Numbered from the stretch's first letter, positions 35,881 through 46,923 are shown. The stretch is 64,000 nucleotides of DNA from Promethearchaeota archaeon (GCA_019057795.1 JAHLWS010000074.1:21725-85724), one strand, 5' to 3'. The notes: generated by a model from the letters alone, not told the origin. A program made the numbers and translations.

Positions 35881-36849
35881 TTGATGAAAATGAGTCCTAA
35901 TATCATTTGTTTGGGAGAAATTTTAGTTGAAATTATGAGATCTGAAAAGGATACTCATCATGGAATAATTGGGGCTTCTTATAAGGGACCATTTCCAAGT
36001 GGAGCTCCTGCTATATTTATAGACTCGGCTTCTCGAATGTCTAAATCATTTAATTTATCTACAGGGTTTATTGGTGTTGTTGGAAACGATGAATTTGGAG
36101 AAGTAGTTCTTAAAAAATTAAAATCTGATGGGGTTGATATTTCTAAAATACGGATCGATAATTCAAAAACTACTGGAATAGCATTTAATCAATATAATTC
36201 AGATGGCACTCGAAAATTTATTTTTGCTGCTGGAGCGGCAGGCCAAACTTCTCCAGATGATATTGATGAGGAATACTTTTCAAATATAAAATGCCTTCAT
36301 ATTATGGGTAGTGCTCTTTCTATAAGTGAATCATCAAGAGAAGCTTGCTATAAAGCGATTGAAATTGCTAAAAATCAGAATCCAAAAGTAGTTATCTCAT
36401 TTGATCCAAATCTAAGACCGGAAATGCTTGAAATTAAGACAATTATTACTATCTCTAAACCTGTCCTTGAGAATACGACTATATTACTACCAAGTGGTGA
36501 AGAAGCAAAAATGCTAGCTGGTATTAAAAGTGCTGAAAAAGCTTGTAAAAAATTGCTTAAAATGGGACCCAAATTAGTAGTCTTAAAACAAGGAAAAGAT
36601 GGTTGTACCATATATTCTTCAGAAGAAACGAATGGAATAAAAATAGAAGGTTTTGAAGTAGAAGAAATTGATCCTACTGGAGCAGGAGACTCATTTGATG
36701 GCGCCTTTATAGTTGGATATTTAGCAGGATGGAATTTAAAGATGATAGGTAAATTCGCTAACGCTGTTGGTGCCTTAAAAGTGAAATGTTTTGGACCAAT
36801 GGCTAATAATTCATATGAAGAAGTATTGAAATTAATGGAAAGCGCTTAA
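35881..36849 (+). CDS. PfkB/ribokinase family sugar kinase
   Basis: GPFPSGAPAIF, GVVGNDEFG, SFDPNLR, DPTGAGDSFDGAF. Confidence 0.95.
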   Translation: MMKMSPNIICLGEILVEIMRSEKDTHHGIIGASYKGPFPSGAPAIFIDSASRMSKSFNLSTGFIGVVGNDEFGEVVLKKLKSDGVDISKIRIDNSKTTGIAFNQYNSDGTRKFIFAAGAAGQTSPDDIDEEYFSNIKCLHIMGSALSISESSREACYKAIEIAKNQNPKVVISFDPNLRPEMLEIKTIITISKPVLENTTILLPSGEEAKMLAGIKSAEKACKKLLKMGPKLVVLKQGKDGCTIYSSEETNGIKIEGFEVEEIDPTGAGDSFDGAFIVGYLAGWNLKMIGKFANAVGALKVKCFGPMANNSYEEVLKLMESA

Positions 36850-36851
36850 AA

Positions 36852-38837
36852 TCATTTTAAATGTAATGAAAAGACCTTAGCTCTAACCATTTGATTATTT
36901 TTAATAATGTAATATCTAAAACCTGGTGGCTTAAATTTGAACTTTGCTGAAAGCGGGCCGAGTGCTTGTGTTTGAAATACAAAGGGTTTATTTACGTCAA
37001 ACCAAGCCTTTAGTTCAAAAGGATCTTTAATTTCTTTAAATTTATCTCGATACCGGGAAGTGTAAATTTCACAAGGTGCTTCGATATAAATTGGGAAAAA
37101 CCAAAAACCAAAATTTATTCTATCGGTTTCTTTTGCTTCTTTTAATCTATACTCTTTTAAAGTATGTGTGTGGCCACACATAATGAAATCTACTTTCCTC
37201 CTAATGACTTTATCTGATCCAGTAAAGATTCTCAAAAGCGTAGCCCAATTATACATTATTGTTTGATACTTTAGGTTTAAAACCATATCTAACCTTCCAG
37301 TATCATTGCATTTTCTTAAATTACTTTCGTAAAAATCTGACCAACTTAGCGGTCTACCTTTAATCTTTAATTTTTTTCTATATTTTCTCTTTTTAAGATA
37401 ACTAAGATTGGGAGAAACTGGAGGTGTATGCATAACAACAATAATTTTCTCATTATGAGCCAATCTTATATATGCACGTAATAAGTCAACTTGATATTCT
37501 TTAATTCCCTTGGTACTTGGTCCACCTTTTAACAAGTCATGCATATCTGCGAGTGAGTCCTGACCTGTATCAAGAAATATGAAATTATATTGATCTCCTA
37601 TTTTAAGCTTAAAATTAAGATTAGGGTTTATATACCGAAAATAATCTTTTAAAAATTTATCTTTAGATCGAAGGGCAGTAAAGTAATTAAAAAATTTGAT
37701 GTCGTAATATCCTTTCACATCTGAATGCGTCAAACCAAATATTTTATGAATCTGGCCAAATTTAATGCCGTAGTGCGATTTACGATAATCGTGATTTCCA
37801 ATAGTGGTAAAAACCGGAACCATAATTTCTTGTTTATTAACGAACTCCTGATCATTTCCTAAATAGGGAGGTTCTTTTAAACCCTTATTCAATCCAAGTA
37901 ATATATCAATAAAAACATGAAAATTATTCTTGTAATGATAATTTCCTCTCGCGATGTTAAGATAATCTATTAAATCACCCGTCATTAGAATGAAATCTAA
38001 ATTTTTTTGCGAAACTTTATTATTGGCAAAATTAATTAATTTTCTCAGATTATAATTAAAATTATATTTTGCTGTTCTTAATTCCTCGTATCTATCATCT
38101 TGGAATTCTTCCTTGAGTTCAAAATCTCGCGTTAAGATAAATTGGTTTATTTTTGATTTCTTTTTTTCGTTACCGCTACAATTTTTTACTTTCGCTTCTA
38201 CACTCTGCCTTAGATAATTTAAAATAAAGTCATTTCTCCTAGCAATATGAAAATCTGTAGCGTGAATAAAGCTAAAATCTTTCCAATCTTTATCGTAAAT
38301 AGCGATACTATGGTAATTAACTTTATTTTCGCTCAAGTTTGGGACATCATGAACGATATCAAACAATAAACAATCTCTTTTAGAAACTTTTAACAAATTT
38401 TCAATAATTTTAATATCTTGTATTTGAAACCTTACTCTGTAAAGCTCGCTTCTTTTTCCAAAAACATCGTCAAATTGAAAAACACAATTATTAATATCCC
38501 ATACTACGCAATTTAACTCCTCTAAAACTGGCTGATCTCTAAAATCTAACTTTTTAATTTTTTCTATTTCAACCATATGTAAAGCTATTAGATCTCCTCG
38601 TCTTTCCGAAAAATCGCCGTTATCTTTTAAAATTGGTTGGATATAGATGTTCAAATGAAAGTGTTCTAAAATTTTTTTTGTTGAATGAGATGGAAATGCT
38701 ATTACTAGAGCTTCGAACGACAAGTTCTTAAATGGAACTTGGTCTCGATTTTTGTAATCTCTTAAATTTAATAAAATTGGATTTCCTAAATTTGGTTTAA
38801 TAATAATTGGATAATTTCCAAGTTGTATATCAATCAT
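36852..38837 (-). CDS. Calcineurin-like metallophosphoesterase with a long N-terminal extension
   Basis: TDFH, TGDLID, GNHD, MHTP, CGHTH motifs. Confidence 0.9.
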   Translation of the reverse strand: MIDIQLGNYPIIIKPNLGNPILLNLRDYKNRDQVPFKNLSFEALVIAFPSHSTKKILEHFHLNIYIQPILKDNGDFSERRGDLIALHMVEIEKIKKLDFRDQPVLEELNCVVWDINNCVFQFDDVFGKRSELYRVRFQIQDIKIIENLLKVSKRDCLLFDIVHDVPNLSENKVNYHSIAIYDKDWKDFSFIHATDFHIARRNDFILNYLRQSVEAKVKNCSGNEKKKSKINQFILTRDFELKEEFQDDRYEELRTAKYNFNYNLRKLINFANNKVSQKNLDFILMTGDLIDYLNIARGNYHYKNNFHVFIDILLGLNKGLKEPPYLGNDQEFVNKQEIMVPVFTTIGNHDYRKSHYGIKFGQIHKIFGLTHSDVKGYYDIKFFNYFTALRSKDKFLKDYFRYINPNLNFKLKIGDQYNFIFLDTGQDSLADMHDLLKGGPSTKGIKEYQVDLLRAYIRLAHNEKIIVVMHTPPVSPNLSYLKKRKYRKKLKIKGRPLSWSDFYESNLRKCNDTGRLDMVLNLKYQTIMYNWATLLRIFTGSDKVIRRKVDFIMCGHTHTLKEYRLKEAKETDRINFGFWFFPIYIEAPCEIYTSRYRDKFKEIKDPFELKAWFDVNKPFVFQTQALGPLSAKFKFKPPGFRYYIIKNNQMVRAKVFSLHLK

Positions 38838-38959
38838 AGTTTAGTCGTAAAATATTAAGTGAAATTAACCTAATAATTATTATTTGATTTCCTATATTAA
38901 AATTATATATTTACAGAATTTAATAATAATACATCGACTATTAAAGAAAGGATTTTAAA

Positions 38960-40429
38960 ATGGAAAGGTTATACCAACCGGATTTTAGTTCTATTTTTGG
39001 AGCAAGATACGCAAACGCGTTTATCTACGGTCAAATAGACTCGCTAATTTGGCCAATTTTTAGTGATATCGGGCGCTCAGACGCTTTAAAAAAACTATTA
39101 GAACTTAAGAATAAGGATGGGCACAATTACTTCTATCACAGGCAAATTAGTTTAGAAGACGAAAAAGTAGAACTTTTTAGCTCAGATATAACATATGGAT
39201 TAGTTCAAGCTATGAATTTACAAAGATCTTACGGTATTACTAATGAAGATGCAATCTCAGTAGTAAAAAAAGAACCAGATTTATTTAAAGCAATATTATC
39301 TTTTGATCTTAACAGTAATGTGATTTCAGAGATAAAAACTATCGAAAATCAAATTCCAGTTGTCGGTGTAGTTATTTATCCTTCTTTTATTAAATTAGAT
39401 ATTAATAACCCAAATAATCAAAACTTAAACGCCTTAATCAATTATTGCAAAGACAATGATTATTTCGTAAAAATTGATATTGGAAATATGAATTTTCAAG
39501 AAAATCATCCAGAATACACTACATATGACAAAATAAAGGCGTTTTTATCAAATAATTCTGATATTATTATAATTTTGAGTGGGCTAGATTTTTCTGGAGA
39601 TTTTATGTTATACTATCAACTTTTAAAGCTATACAATAACTTATGGATTGAAATCGAGCCACGATGTTTTGGAGGTATGACACCAACTAGTTGTTTTAAA
39701 CAAATTTTTTCGCTAAAAGGTTTTATTCAAAACACATGGCATAGAATTACAATAGGAAGCGCCACTCCAACCTTGGAAATTGCTCAAATGAAAAGAGGAT
39801 TATTAGAAGCTACTGAAGTGTTAAATTTTTCTCATAAGCATATATTAAGGACATGGGCTTTTAGAAATGTAAACAGATTAAATCTTATTAATTTTAAAAG
39901 TGAAATTGAACCTAATTTATTTAAACCAATTAAAGAAATCAATCAAATTAACAGAATTGAAAACAATAATGAATTGATTATTGAATATAAATTAAAATTG
40001 AGAAGCTATGCGATAACTCAATTATTATTTTTAACTGATATTATAAAAGAAATCTTTAAAAGAAGTTTAGAAGAAAATCCAGATTTAAAAAGTGGAGAAT
40101 TATTCATTAGATCTTACCATACTACCACCAGTTTAATTATTAATGAACATGAATATGGGAATTATCTTGATTTACATTACATGTTTGCTGAAATCTCTTC
40201 CAGAGACAGCGCCCCATTCCTGCATACCGTAAGAGCACTCGAAAATCGTGCGGATTTTAATCACTACGATCACGAATTGGCAAGCACTTATGGAAGCCGA
40301 CAATTGACATTACCAATAGTCGATGGAAGGTTGGAAATTGGCGGACGCGAAAACCTCTATATCTTAGTAACCTTTGGTCCAAGAACATTTCACATATATA
40401 TTAAGATTAAATTGATTAAGGAAAAATAG
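38960..40429 (+). CDS. Degenerate amidohydrolase-like domain fused to a C-terminal YjbQ/UPF0047 domain
   Basis: C-terminal HTTTSLIINEHE.G..LDL and LPIVDGRLEIG..E match YjbQ. The N-terminal GVVIYP...NLWIE...RITIGSATP pattern resembles Amidohydro_2. Confidence 0.65.
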   Translation: MERLYQPDFSSIFGARYANAFIYGQIDSLIWPIFSDIGRSDALKKLLELKNKDGHNYFYHRQISLEDEKVELFSSDITYGLVQAMNLQRSYGITNEDAISVVKKEPDLFKAILSFDLNSNVISEIKTIENQIPVVGVVIYPSFIKLDINNPNNQNLNALINYCKDNDYFVKIDIGNMNFQENHPEYTTYDKIKAFLSNNSDIIIILSGLDFSGDFMLYYQLLKLYNNLWIEIEPRCFGGMTPTSCFKQIFSLKGFIQNTWHRITIGSATPTLEIAQMKRGLLEATEVLNFSHKHILRTWAFRNVNRLNLINFKSEIEPNLFKPIKEINQINRIENNNELIIEYKLKLRSYAITQLLFLTDIIKEIFKRSLEENPDLKSGELFIRSYHTTTSLIINEHEYGNYLDLHYMFAEISSRDSAPFLHTVRALENRADFNHYDHELASTYGSRQLTLPIVDGRLEIGGRENLYILVTFGPRTFHIYIKIKLIKEK

Positions 40430-41034
40430 ACATCATGCTTTCAAGTAGCTCTGCCATAGCAACTGAAAAAGGTCTAACTAAAGATCAGCAAAGACTTATT
40501 TAGACTATAAAACATGCTATGAGATGGATTCAAAAAAAAAATCCAAAATATCATTCTAACCTAGAAAATTTATTAGGAAAAAATTATATACTCTATTTTA
40601 ATGAAAAGCGAAATAAACGCGCAAATCCACCGAAAGTTGTTTGAAAATCGAGCTAAATATTCCCCCCATTTTGCTTTCATCGTAATTTATGCTAAATCTT
40701 AAGTGTTTTATAATAATTGGGGCAACATATTCTGAGTTTAACGATGAAAAAAATCAGAGAAAATTTATCTTTCTAAAGACACTAATATATAAATTTATTG
40801 CTCGAAATTTAGGCTATAGAGTAGTAAAATAAAATGAAGTCAAAAGTTTAAATAGGTGAAATAAGTATATTTTATAAAGAAATTAAGTTGAGCTAGAAAA
40901 TGGTTATTTATTTATATCAACATTTATTTGAACAAAAAGTAATCAATTTTCTATATTTAAACAAAAATTAAATTTAATTTCATATTCTAATTTTAATTAT
41001 ATGAAAATAAAAATTTTAAATTAAAAAATCTAGT

Positions 41035-42495
41035 ATGACTGACGAAATCAAAGAAGAACCGGAAAAAACAGAAGATAAATCCGAAAAAGACATTGAAAAA
41101 GTTGATAAAGAGTATTTATCAAAAGCTAAAGATTCAAGAGATTTAATAGATAAAAAACTTAGAACTTTTGAAAATAGTATTGAAGATATTTCTGATACAA
41201 TAAAAAATGGTGAAGCTGAACAGGATAAAAAAGAAATAGAAAAAAAAGATTATGAAGAGATTGACGAAGAAATTCGAGATGCGCAAGAAAAACTAGACTC
41301 AACTAAAAAAAAATTAGATGATAAGGAAGAGTATTTAACTGCAATTGAAGAAACTATTAAGGCACTTGAAGAGAGATATAATCGAAAGAACGAAGAAATG
41401 AAAAATTTAGAAGACCGTTTAGAGATAATTACAGAGAGTAAAGATAATTTAGAGGAAGAATATAAAGAACTATTAAAAATTAACGAACAATTAGTCAAAA
41501 CCTACGAAACTAGACAAGTAGATTTGATTGTTTTAACTGATAGTGTAAAAGAAAAAGTATCTAAACAAGAAGAACTACGAACAATAACTTCAAAACTCAA
41601 TCATGAAATTCGAGAAAAAGAAAACCTAATTAATAAACAAGAAGAAAATACTGAGGCTTTAAATAAAAAAATCAAAAGCCTAACAGCTGAAAACGAGACG
41701 CTAAAAGTTTCAATAGGAAAAAATAAATTTGAATTAGACCATACAAACAAAGAAATTGAAGTAAAAGGAGAAGAAAAAAAGTTATTATCAGAACAAATTG
41801 AGAAAAAAGAAATTCGAATTAAAACTATTGAACAAGAAATTCAGGATTATCGAGATGGATTTCCTGAGATGGAAAAACAAAGAGAAACATATGAAGAACT
41901 TCTAGCGAAATATAAAATCCAGCTAACAGAAAAACAACAACTATTAATTGAGATAGAATCACGAATACAGCAATTAAATGATAATTTACAATCAATAGAT
42001 GAGCAAATTACAAGTAAAGAGAGTTTGTTTAAGGCTAACGAAAAGAGATTAGAAGACATCAAACAAGATATTGAAACTTCCAATCTTGAATATATTGAAA
42101 GAGAAGGGCGACTAAGCTCTCTTACAGAAAAAGTAGAATATTTGCAAATAGAACACGATAAACTTATTAAATCAAAAGAAGTAATAGACCAAAGTACAAA
42201 TGATGCTAGGACTATCCTTCAAAAACTGAAGTTAGACCTCGAGACTCAAGAAGAAGAAATTAGAGATAAAGAAAGTAGAATACATAGATTAGAATTTTTA
42301 TCGTTAGTTTATAGATTATCAAAGTTTTTTGGTGGAATTCTAATAGGTGTTGGTGTTCTCATAATAATTTTATCACTACTCAGTCTTATGGGAATTTTGA
42401 ATCTTGGTGAAATGGATATCGTAATTTTTCTCATACTTATAATCTCTGGAGGTTTCTCCATTGCAAGTGGCATTTTCCATCTAGAAAAGTCTTAA
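41035..42495 (+). CDS. Long coiled-coil protein with two C-terminal TM helices
   Basis: About 420 aa of E/K/L heptads, no Walker motifs, then two hydrophobic helices. Confidence 0.85.
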   Translation: MTDEIKEEPEKTEDKSEKDIEKVDKEYLSKAKDSRDLIDKKLRTFENSIEDISDTIKNGEAEQDKKEIEKKDYEEIDEEIRDAQEKLDSTKKKLDDKEEYLTAIEETIKALEERYNRKNEEMKNLEDRLEIITESKDNLEEEYKELLKINEQLVKTYETRQVDLIVLTDSVKEKVSKQEELRTITSKLNHEIREKENLINKQEENTEALNKKIKSLTAENETLKVSIGKNKFELDHTNKEIEVKGEEKKLLSEQIEKKEIRIKTIEQEIQDYRDGFPEMEKQRETYEELLAKYKIQLTEKQQLLIEIESRIQQLNDNLQSIDEQITSKESLFKANEKRLEDIKQDIETSNLEYIEREGRLSSLTEKVEYLQIEHDKLIKSKEVIDQSTNDARTILQKLKLDLETQEEEIRDKESRIHRLEFLSLVYRLSKFFGGILIGVGVLIIILSLLSLMGILNLGEMDIVIFLILIISGGFSIASGIFHLEKS

Positions 42496-42549
42496 TTTTT
42501 AATCCGTAAAATTTTCTTATTATGAAATTACAAACTATAAGGAAAAAAA

Positions 42550-44421
42550 ATGAATGAGACTAAACCTAAAGAAGTTCTGCCAAAAAGAACATTAAAATTA
42601 TCTCAGGGGATAATATATGGTGTTGGATGTGGAATAGGGGGGTCTATATTCGTATTATTAGGTTTAGGAATCGAATACGCAGGGTCCGGTATATTACTGA
42701 GTTTAATTTTGGGAGGAATTTTAATATTTTTTACTGGATTAAATTACGCTGAACTCTCAACTAGTTTACCTATTGCTGGAGGCGCTTACAACTTCAGTAA
42801 GGAAGGTATTGGGGGATTCTTAGCGTTTATAATTGGCTTTTTTTTATGGATTGCTAATGTCGCTACATGTTCCTTTGCAGCGCAAATCTTTGCTTTAGTA
42901 TTTAACGAAGTTTTCATTAAATTAAATATTCCGATTCACAATACTTTTATTACGGTAATAGCAATTTTACCTATTCTATTAACAAGTTTAGTAATTTTTA
43001 GAACTCAAAAAGTCGCAATTAAATCGTTATTAATATTTACATTCGTATTAATTGGGATGTTTGCGTTCTTTATAATATCTGGATTAATAATAACGCCATT
43101 TACAAATCCAAATATTGTTCTTACTCAAATAAAATTTGAGGGTATAATACCTGCTTTTTTATTGTTATTTATTTTATTTACTTCAATAACTTCAAATTTA
43201 GCGTATTTAAATCCCGATTTAAAAAATCCTTCTAAAAATATTCCAAAAACTAATATTTATGCTATTTTATTGACAATAATTATATATTTATTGATTACTT
43301 TCATTGCATTGATAAACTTAGGAGAAAATCCAACCGAATTAACTGAAAACCCCGTTTTATTAGCCAATGTGTTTGAAAGTGTTCTTGGACCATTTGGGTT
43401 TTATTTTATGGTTATTGCTGCTATTATTTCGACATTAATAGCAATAAATGCCGCGTTAGGTTCAGCAGTCAGCATTATTACTGCTTTAGCGAGAGATCGG
43501 TTTATTCCTAAAAAAATTCTGGAAACGAAAAAAAGGCCAGATATGCCTGCTTTAGGTTTATTAATCACTATTATTTTGGTTGTTTTATTCGTACTTTTCG
43601 CTGATATTGGGTTTACTGCAGAAATTACTAATTTTATTTACTTCGTAGGTTTAGCATTTGTAAATTATGCTGCCGTAAAATTAAGGAGAACGAGAAAAGA
43701 GTTAGATCGTCCATTCAAAGCGCCTTTTTTTCCGTTTTTACCAATTTTTATTTCCATTTGTTTTTTGGTCTTTGCTGTAATATTGGGTGTTATCATGTCA
43801 ATAGAAGCCCTAATTCTAGGCCTTATTATTTTTATTATTGGAATTGCATTTCATTTATTAACGATTGCAGATAAATCGTCAATCAATTTAACGTTAACTG
43901 GCATTAAATTCTTCTTTTTAACCGTATTGGGAATTTTTATTTGGGTGATAAATAACTTTTCAGATGTGAACCCAATTTTGATACAAATAAATAGAATTTT
44001 GATTGGCGTGTGTGTATTTACTATTGTGACAGTGATTCTCGACTTAATGCCCATCAGAGAATTAGCCTATTATTATGTTAAGAAAATGGATAAAGAAAAG
44101 GTCGCAATTAATATAGGCAACGCTCAGATCATTGATTTAGGAAAAAAAAGATCCAAAATAATTCATTTAATAAATTTAGTTATCGCAATTATGCAATTTA
44201 TTGCATGTGGTATTATTTTTAGTATAGCATATTTTCTATTCAATAATTTATTTTCAATCCAAGATATCGTTCTTATTATCGGTACTTCCATTACTAATAT
44301 TCCCAGTACATCCGGCACGGCTCTTTTTATTTCGATACTAATAGTTTTTGGATTATCTCTCTTCTTTTGCGGGATTTTGTCGTGGCAACGAATTAGGGAA
44401 TTTAAATCTCTAGGGATTTAA
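42550..44421 (+). CDS. APC family amino acid permease with extra C-terminal TM helices
   Basis: GCGIGGSIF, NYAELSTSLPIAGGAY, LKNPSKNIPK, ALARDRFIP, RPFKAPFFP. Confidence 0.9.
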   Translation: MNETKPKEVLPKRTLKLSQGIIYGVGCGIGGSIFVLLGLGIEYAGSGILLSLILGGILIFFTGLNYAELSTSLPIAGGAYNFSKEGIGGFLAFIIGFFLWIANVATCSFAAQIFALVFNEVFIKLNIPIHNTFITVIAILPILLTSLVIFRTQKVAIKSLLIFTFVLIGMFAFFIISGLIITPFTNPNIVLTQIKFEGIIPAFLLLFILFTSITSNLAYLNPDLKNPSKNIPKTNIYAILLTIIIYLLITFIALINLGENPTELTENPVLLANVFESVLGPFGFYFMVIAAIISTLIAINAALGSAVSIITALARDRFIPKKILETKKRPDMPALGLLITIILVVLFVLFADIGFTAEITNFIYFVGLAFVNYAAVKLRRTRKELDRPFKAPFFPFLPIFISICFLVFAVILGVIMSIEALILGLIIFIIGIAFHLLTIADKSSINLTLTGIKFFFLTVLGIFIWVINNFSDVNPILIQINRILIGVCVFTIVTVILDLMPIRELAYYYVKKMDKEKVAINIGNAQIIDLGKKRSKIIHLINLVIAIMQFIACGIIFSIAYFLFNNLFSIQDIVLIIGTSITNIPSTSGTALFISILIVFGLSLFFCGILSWQRIREFKSLGI

Positions 44422-44460
44422 TTTTGTATGAATTAATTAATAACATTTTTATTCGAGAAA

Positions 44461-45195
44461 ATGAGCTTACCAAAATTAAATTTACATATACATACCACTT
44501 ATTCAGACGGTAAAAATACTGTTAATCAAATTGTAAAAACAGCTATTAAATTAGGTTTAGATTATATTTGTATTACTGACCATTTTTCAAGTTCGTGGAA
44601 ATCCAAAATTATACCCACACTTAATAATTTAGATAAAATTGAGAGGTATTTAGAAGAAATTTCTCACTGTCAGGCTTACATTTTAAAAAAAAATAGAAAA
44701 TTATATATTTTTAAGGGAGTCGAGATTGATATAAGCAGTTCCGAGAGCTTTATAATAAATAATATCCATCCCTATAAATTCGATTTAATCTTATTCGAAT
44801 ACCTTGAAAACCTTGAAGGAATCGCTTTTATTAAAAACTTAATTGCAACTTGGAAGAGGGATCGGCGTAATCGTAATAAATTCCCTCTATTGGGGCTTGC
44901 TCATTTTGATCCTTCTTTTTTTATGTTAGGTGGTTTCAATGTTTTGTTAGGTTTTTTAAAACAATATAACATAATAATTGAGTTTAATTCGAGTTATCCT
45001 CGTTTTTACTCTCGGAAATACGAAACTTTTTTTAATAAAGTGAAAAAAAATGGTATTATGGTTTCAATTGGATGTGATTCTCATCATTTGGCTAATTTAA
45101 AAGATGTTGAGGGGGCGTATAAGATGATAAAATACTACAATTTAGAGGACAATCTAAAGAATTTAATTAAATCCTTGGAAATGAGAAAAAATTAA
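44461..45195 (+). CDS. PHP domain protein
   Basis: LHIHTTYSDG, ITDH, GVE, AH, GCDSHH. Confidence 0.9.
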   Translation: MSLPKLNLHIHTTYSDGKNTVNQIVKTAIKLGLDYICITDHFSSSWKSKIIPTLNNLDKIERYLEEISHCQAYILKKNRKLYIFKGVEIDISSSESFIINNIHPYKFDLILFEYLENLEGIAFIKNLIATWKRDRRNRNKFPLLGLAHFDPSFFMLGGFNVLLGFLKQYNIIIEFNSSYPRFYSRKYETFFNKVKKNGIMVSIGCDSHHLANLKDVEGAYKMIKYYNLEDNLKNLIKSLEMRKN

Positions 45196-45215
45196 GAATT
45201 TTAAAACGGGGGATA

Positions 45216-45608
45216 TTATCTATGGATTCTGTTGAGATAATCCAAATAAAATTTAAAAGCTCTTTCAAACGCGATATCAATTAATATTTCGCTTTGATCT
45301 TTAGGATACGATAACATGCCTTTTAAGCGTTCTTTACCAAAGTTAAATATTTCCTTAAAAGCTATTAATTTGTCAGAAATAGGGAAATTAACGATCTCAG
45401 CAACTGACATATTATGATTCATTTGCCATTCGTTTAAAGCAAACCAAATATTGCTTCTCATTGCTAGTTCGGGTATTGAGATTTGCTCACAAACTAGATT
45501 CGTTATTACTCTTATCAACTTTAGCTGTTCTGGTTTAAAATTAATTCTTGCGTAATCAATTTGAATGCTTATAATCTCATCTTTATTAAAATTTAACGCA
45601 TATGTCAA
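45216..45608 (-). CDS. Hypothetical protein
   Basis: 130-aa ORF filling an intergenic gap, with GAGGA just upstream of the TTG start. Confidence 0.7.
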   Translation of the reverse strand: MTYALNFNKDEIISIQIDYARINFKPEQLKLIRVITNLVCEQISIPELAMRSNIWFALNEWQMNHNMSVAEIVNFPISDKLIAFKEIFNFGKERLKGMLSYPKDQSEILIDIAFERAFKFYLDYLNRIHR

Positions 45609-45823
45609 AATGTCCTCAACCTAACTTATCCTATATAATATTTCAACCTTCGCGAATATAAAGGTATAGGAATAATTATTCCCTAAAAATGAATTAGAAT
45701 TTACCTTTATAAAGTAACTGATTAATTTGGATAAACATGTCAATATTTAGAATTTATTTTTTTAAGAACAGTAAAAGGAACAAAATGAATTACTTTTTTA
45801 TTTACAAAAATTATTTTATTTGT

Positions 45824-46573
45824 ATGGAACTAGAAGAAAAAATTGAATTAGCCGCAACTTGGATTTTCGAATCTAAAAACTTAGTAGTTTTTACTGGCGC
45901 CGGGATCAGCACAGATAGTGGTCTACCGGATTATCGTGGACCCGATGGTGTATGGACTCGTCGCGACAAGGGTCTTCCACCTCCAAAATCCCCTCCTTGG
46001 GACCAAGTTCGTCCGAATCAAGGTCATTACGCAATTGTGGAACTGTTAAAGATGAGGAAACTTGATTACTTAATTTCTCAGAATGTAGATGGACTCCACG
46101 CGAAATCTGGGATTCCTTTCGAAAAACTTGCAGAACTCCACGGTAATTTATATTTCATGCAATGTTTGAAATGTGGAAAAAAATTAACATTTGAAGATGC
46201 GGGATGGAACAAAAAGAAATGGGGTCAAGGATATAGGACTGGAATAGTTCGAAAAAATCAGCCAAAATGTTCCAATTGTGAAGGGAGGCTTATTTCAAGC
46301 ATTGTTAACTTTGGAGATTCTTTACCAATGGACGAACTCGAAGAATCAATGAGAAGATCTGAAAAATCGGATGTATTTTTTGTAATTGGTTCATCTTTAG
46401 TTGTAACACCGGCGGCAAGCATGCCTGGAATTGCGTGGAGAAATGGCGCAAAATTAATAATTTTAAATATGGGCGAAACTCCTTACGACGACGAAGCTGA
46501 CTTGAGATTTTTTGAGCAAATTGGAGAAGTTCTTCCTAATATAGTTGATAGAGTAAAAGAATTGATGGAATAA
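45824..46573 (+). CDS. Sir2 family NAD-dependent deacylase, class IV (SIRT6/7)-like
   Basis: TGAGISTDSGLPDYRGPDGVWT, SQNVDGLH, LAELHGN, two CxxC, GSSL. The likely start is MELEEK at 45824. Confidence 0.92.
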   Translation: MELEEKIELAATWIFESKNLVVFTGAGISTDSGLPDYRGPDGVWTRRDKGLPPPKSPPWDQVRPNQGHYAIVELLKMRKLDYLISQNVDGLHAKSGIPFEKLAELHGNLYFMQCLKCGKKLTFEDAGWNKKKWGQGYRTGIVRKNQPKCSNCEGRLISSIVNFGDSLPMDELEESMRRSEKSDVFFVIGSSLVVTPAASMPGIAWRNGAKLIILNMGETPYDDEADLRFFEQIGEVLPNIVDRVKELME

Positions 46574-46923
46574 GATTAAAATCTCTTTATAAATAGGTAT
46601 TATAAAGGTTAATCTAATAATCTAATCTATTTAATTGAGAATAACAGAATAGTTATTGGAGTTGATAACTTAAAAAAAGCTCTTGCCGTTTTGATGAAAA
46701 AATGAGAAAGAGTATTTTTAATGAGATAGTTCCTATTAAAATAAGGATCTATAAAATAACTTAAGCTAAAGTATTATATTTCTCTATTTTTTTAATTTAT
46801 TGCATTTAAGGGGAATTTAAAAGAAAAAATTAAATACGGAGATGACATAATTAAGCATTAGAAAATAATCATCCAAGAATCAAAATCAAAAATAATATAA
46901 ATAAAAATAAGAGAAAATCTAAA

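Noticed and set aside
41035-42495. SMC/Rad50 ATPase
   Set aside because: No Walker A/B, signature motif or hinge; it has C-terminal TM helices instead.
45737-45823. N-terminal extension of Sir2
   Set aside because: Low-complexity AT-rich translation that looks like promoter DNA; the ATG at 45824 fits the family better.
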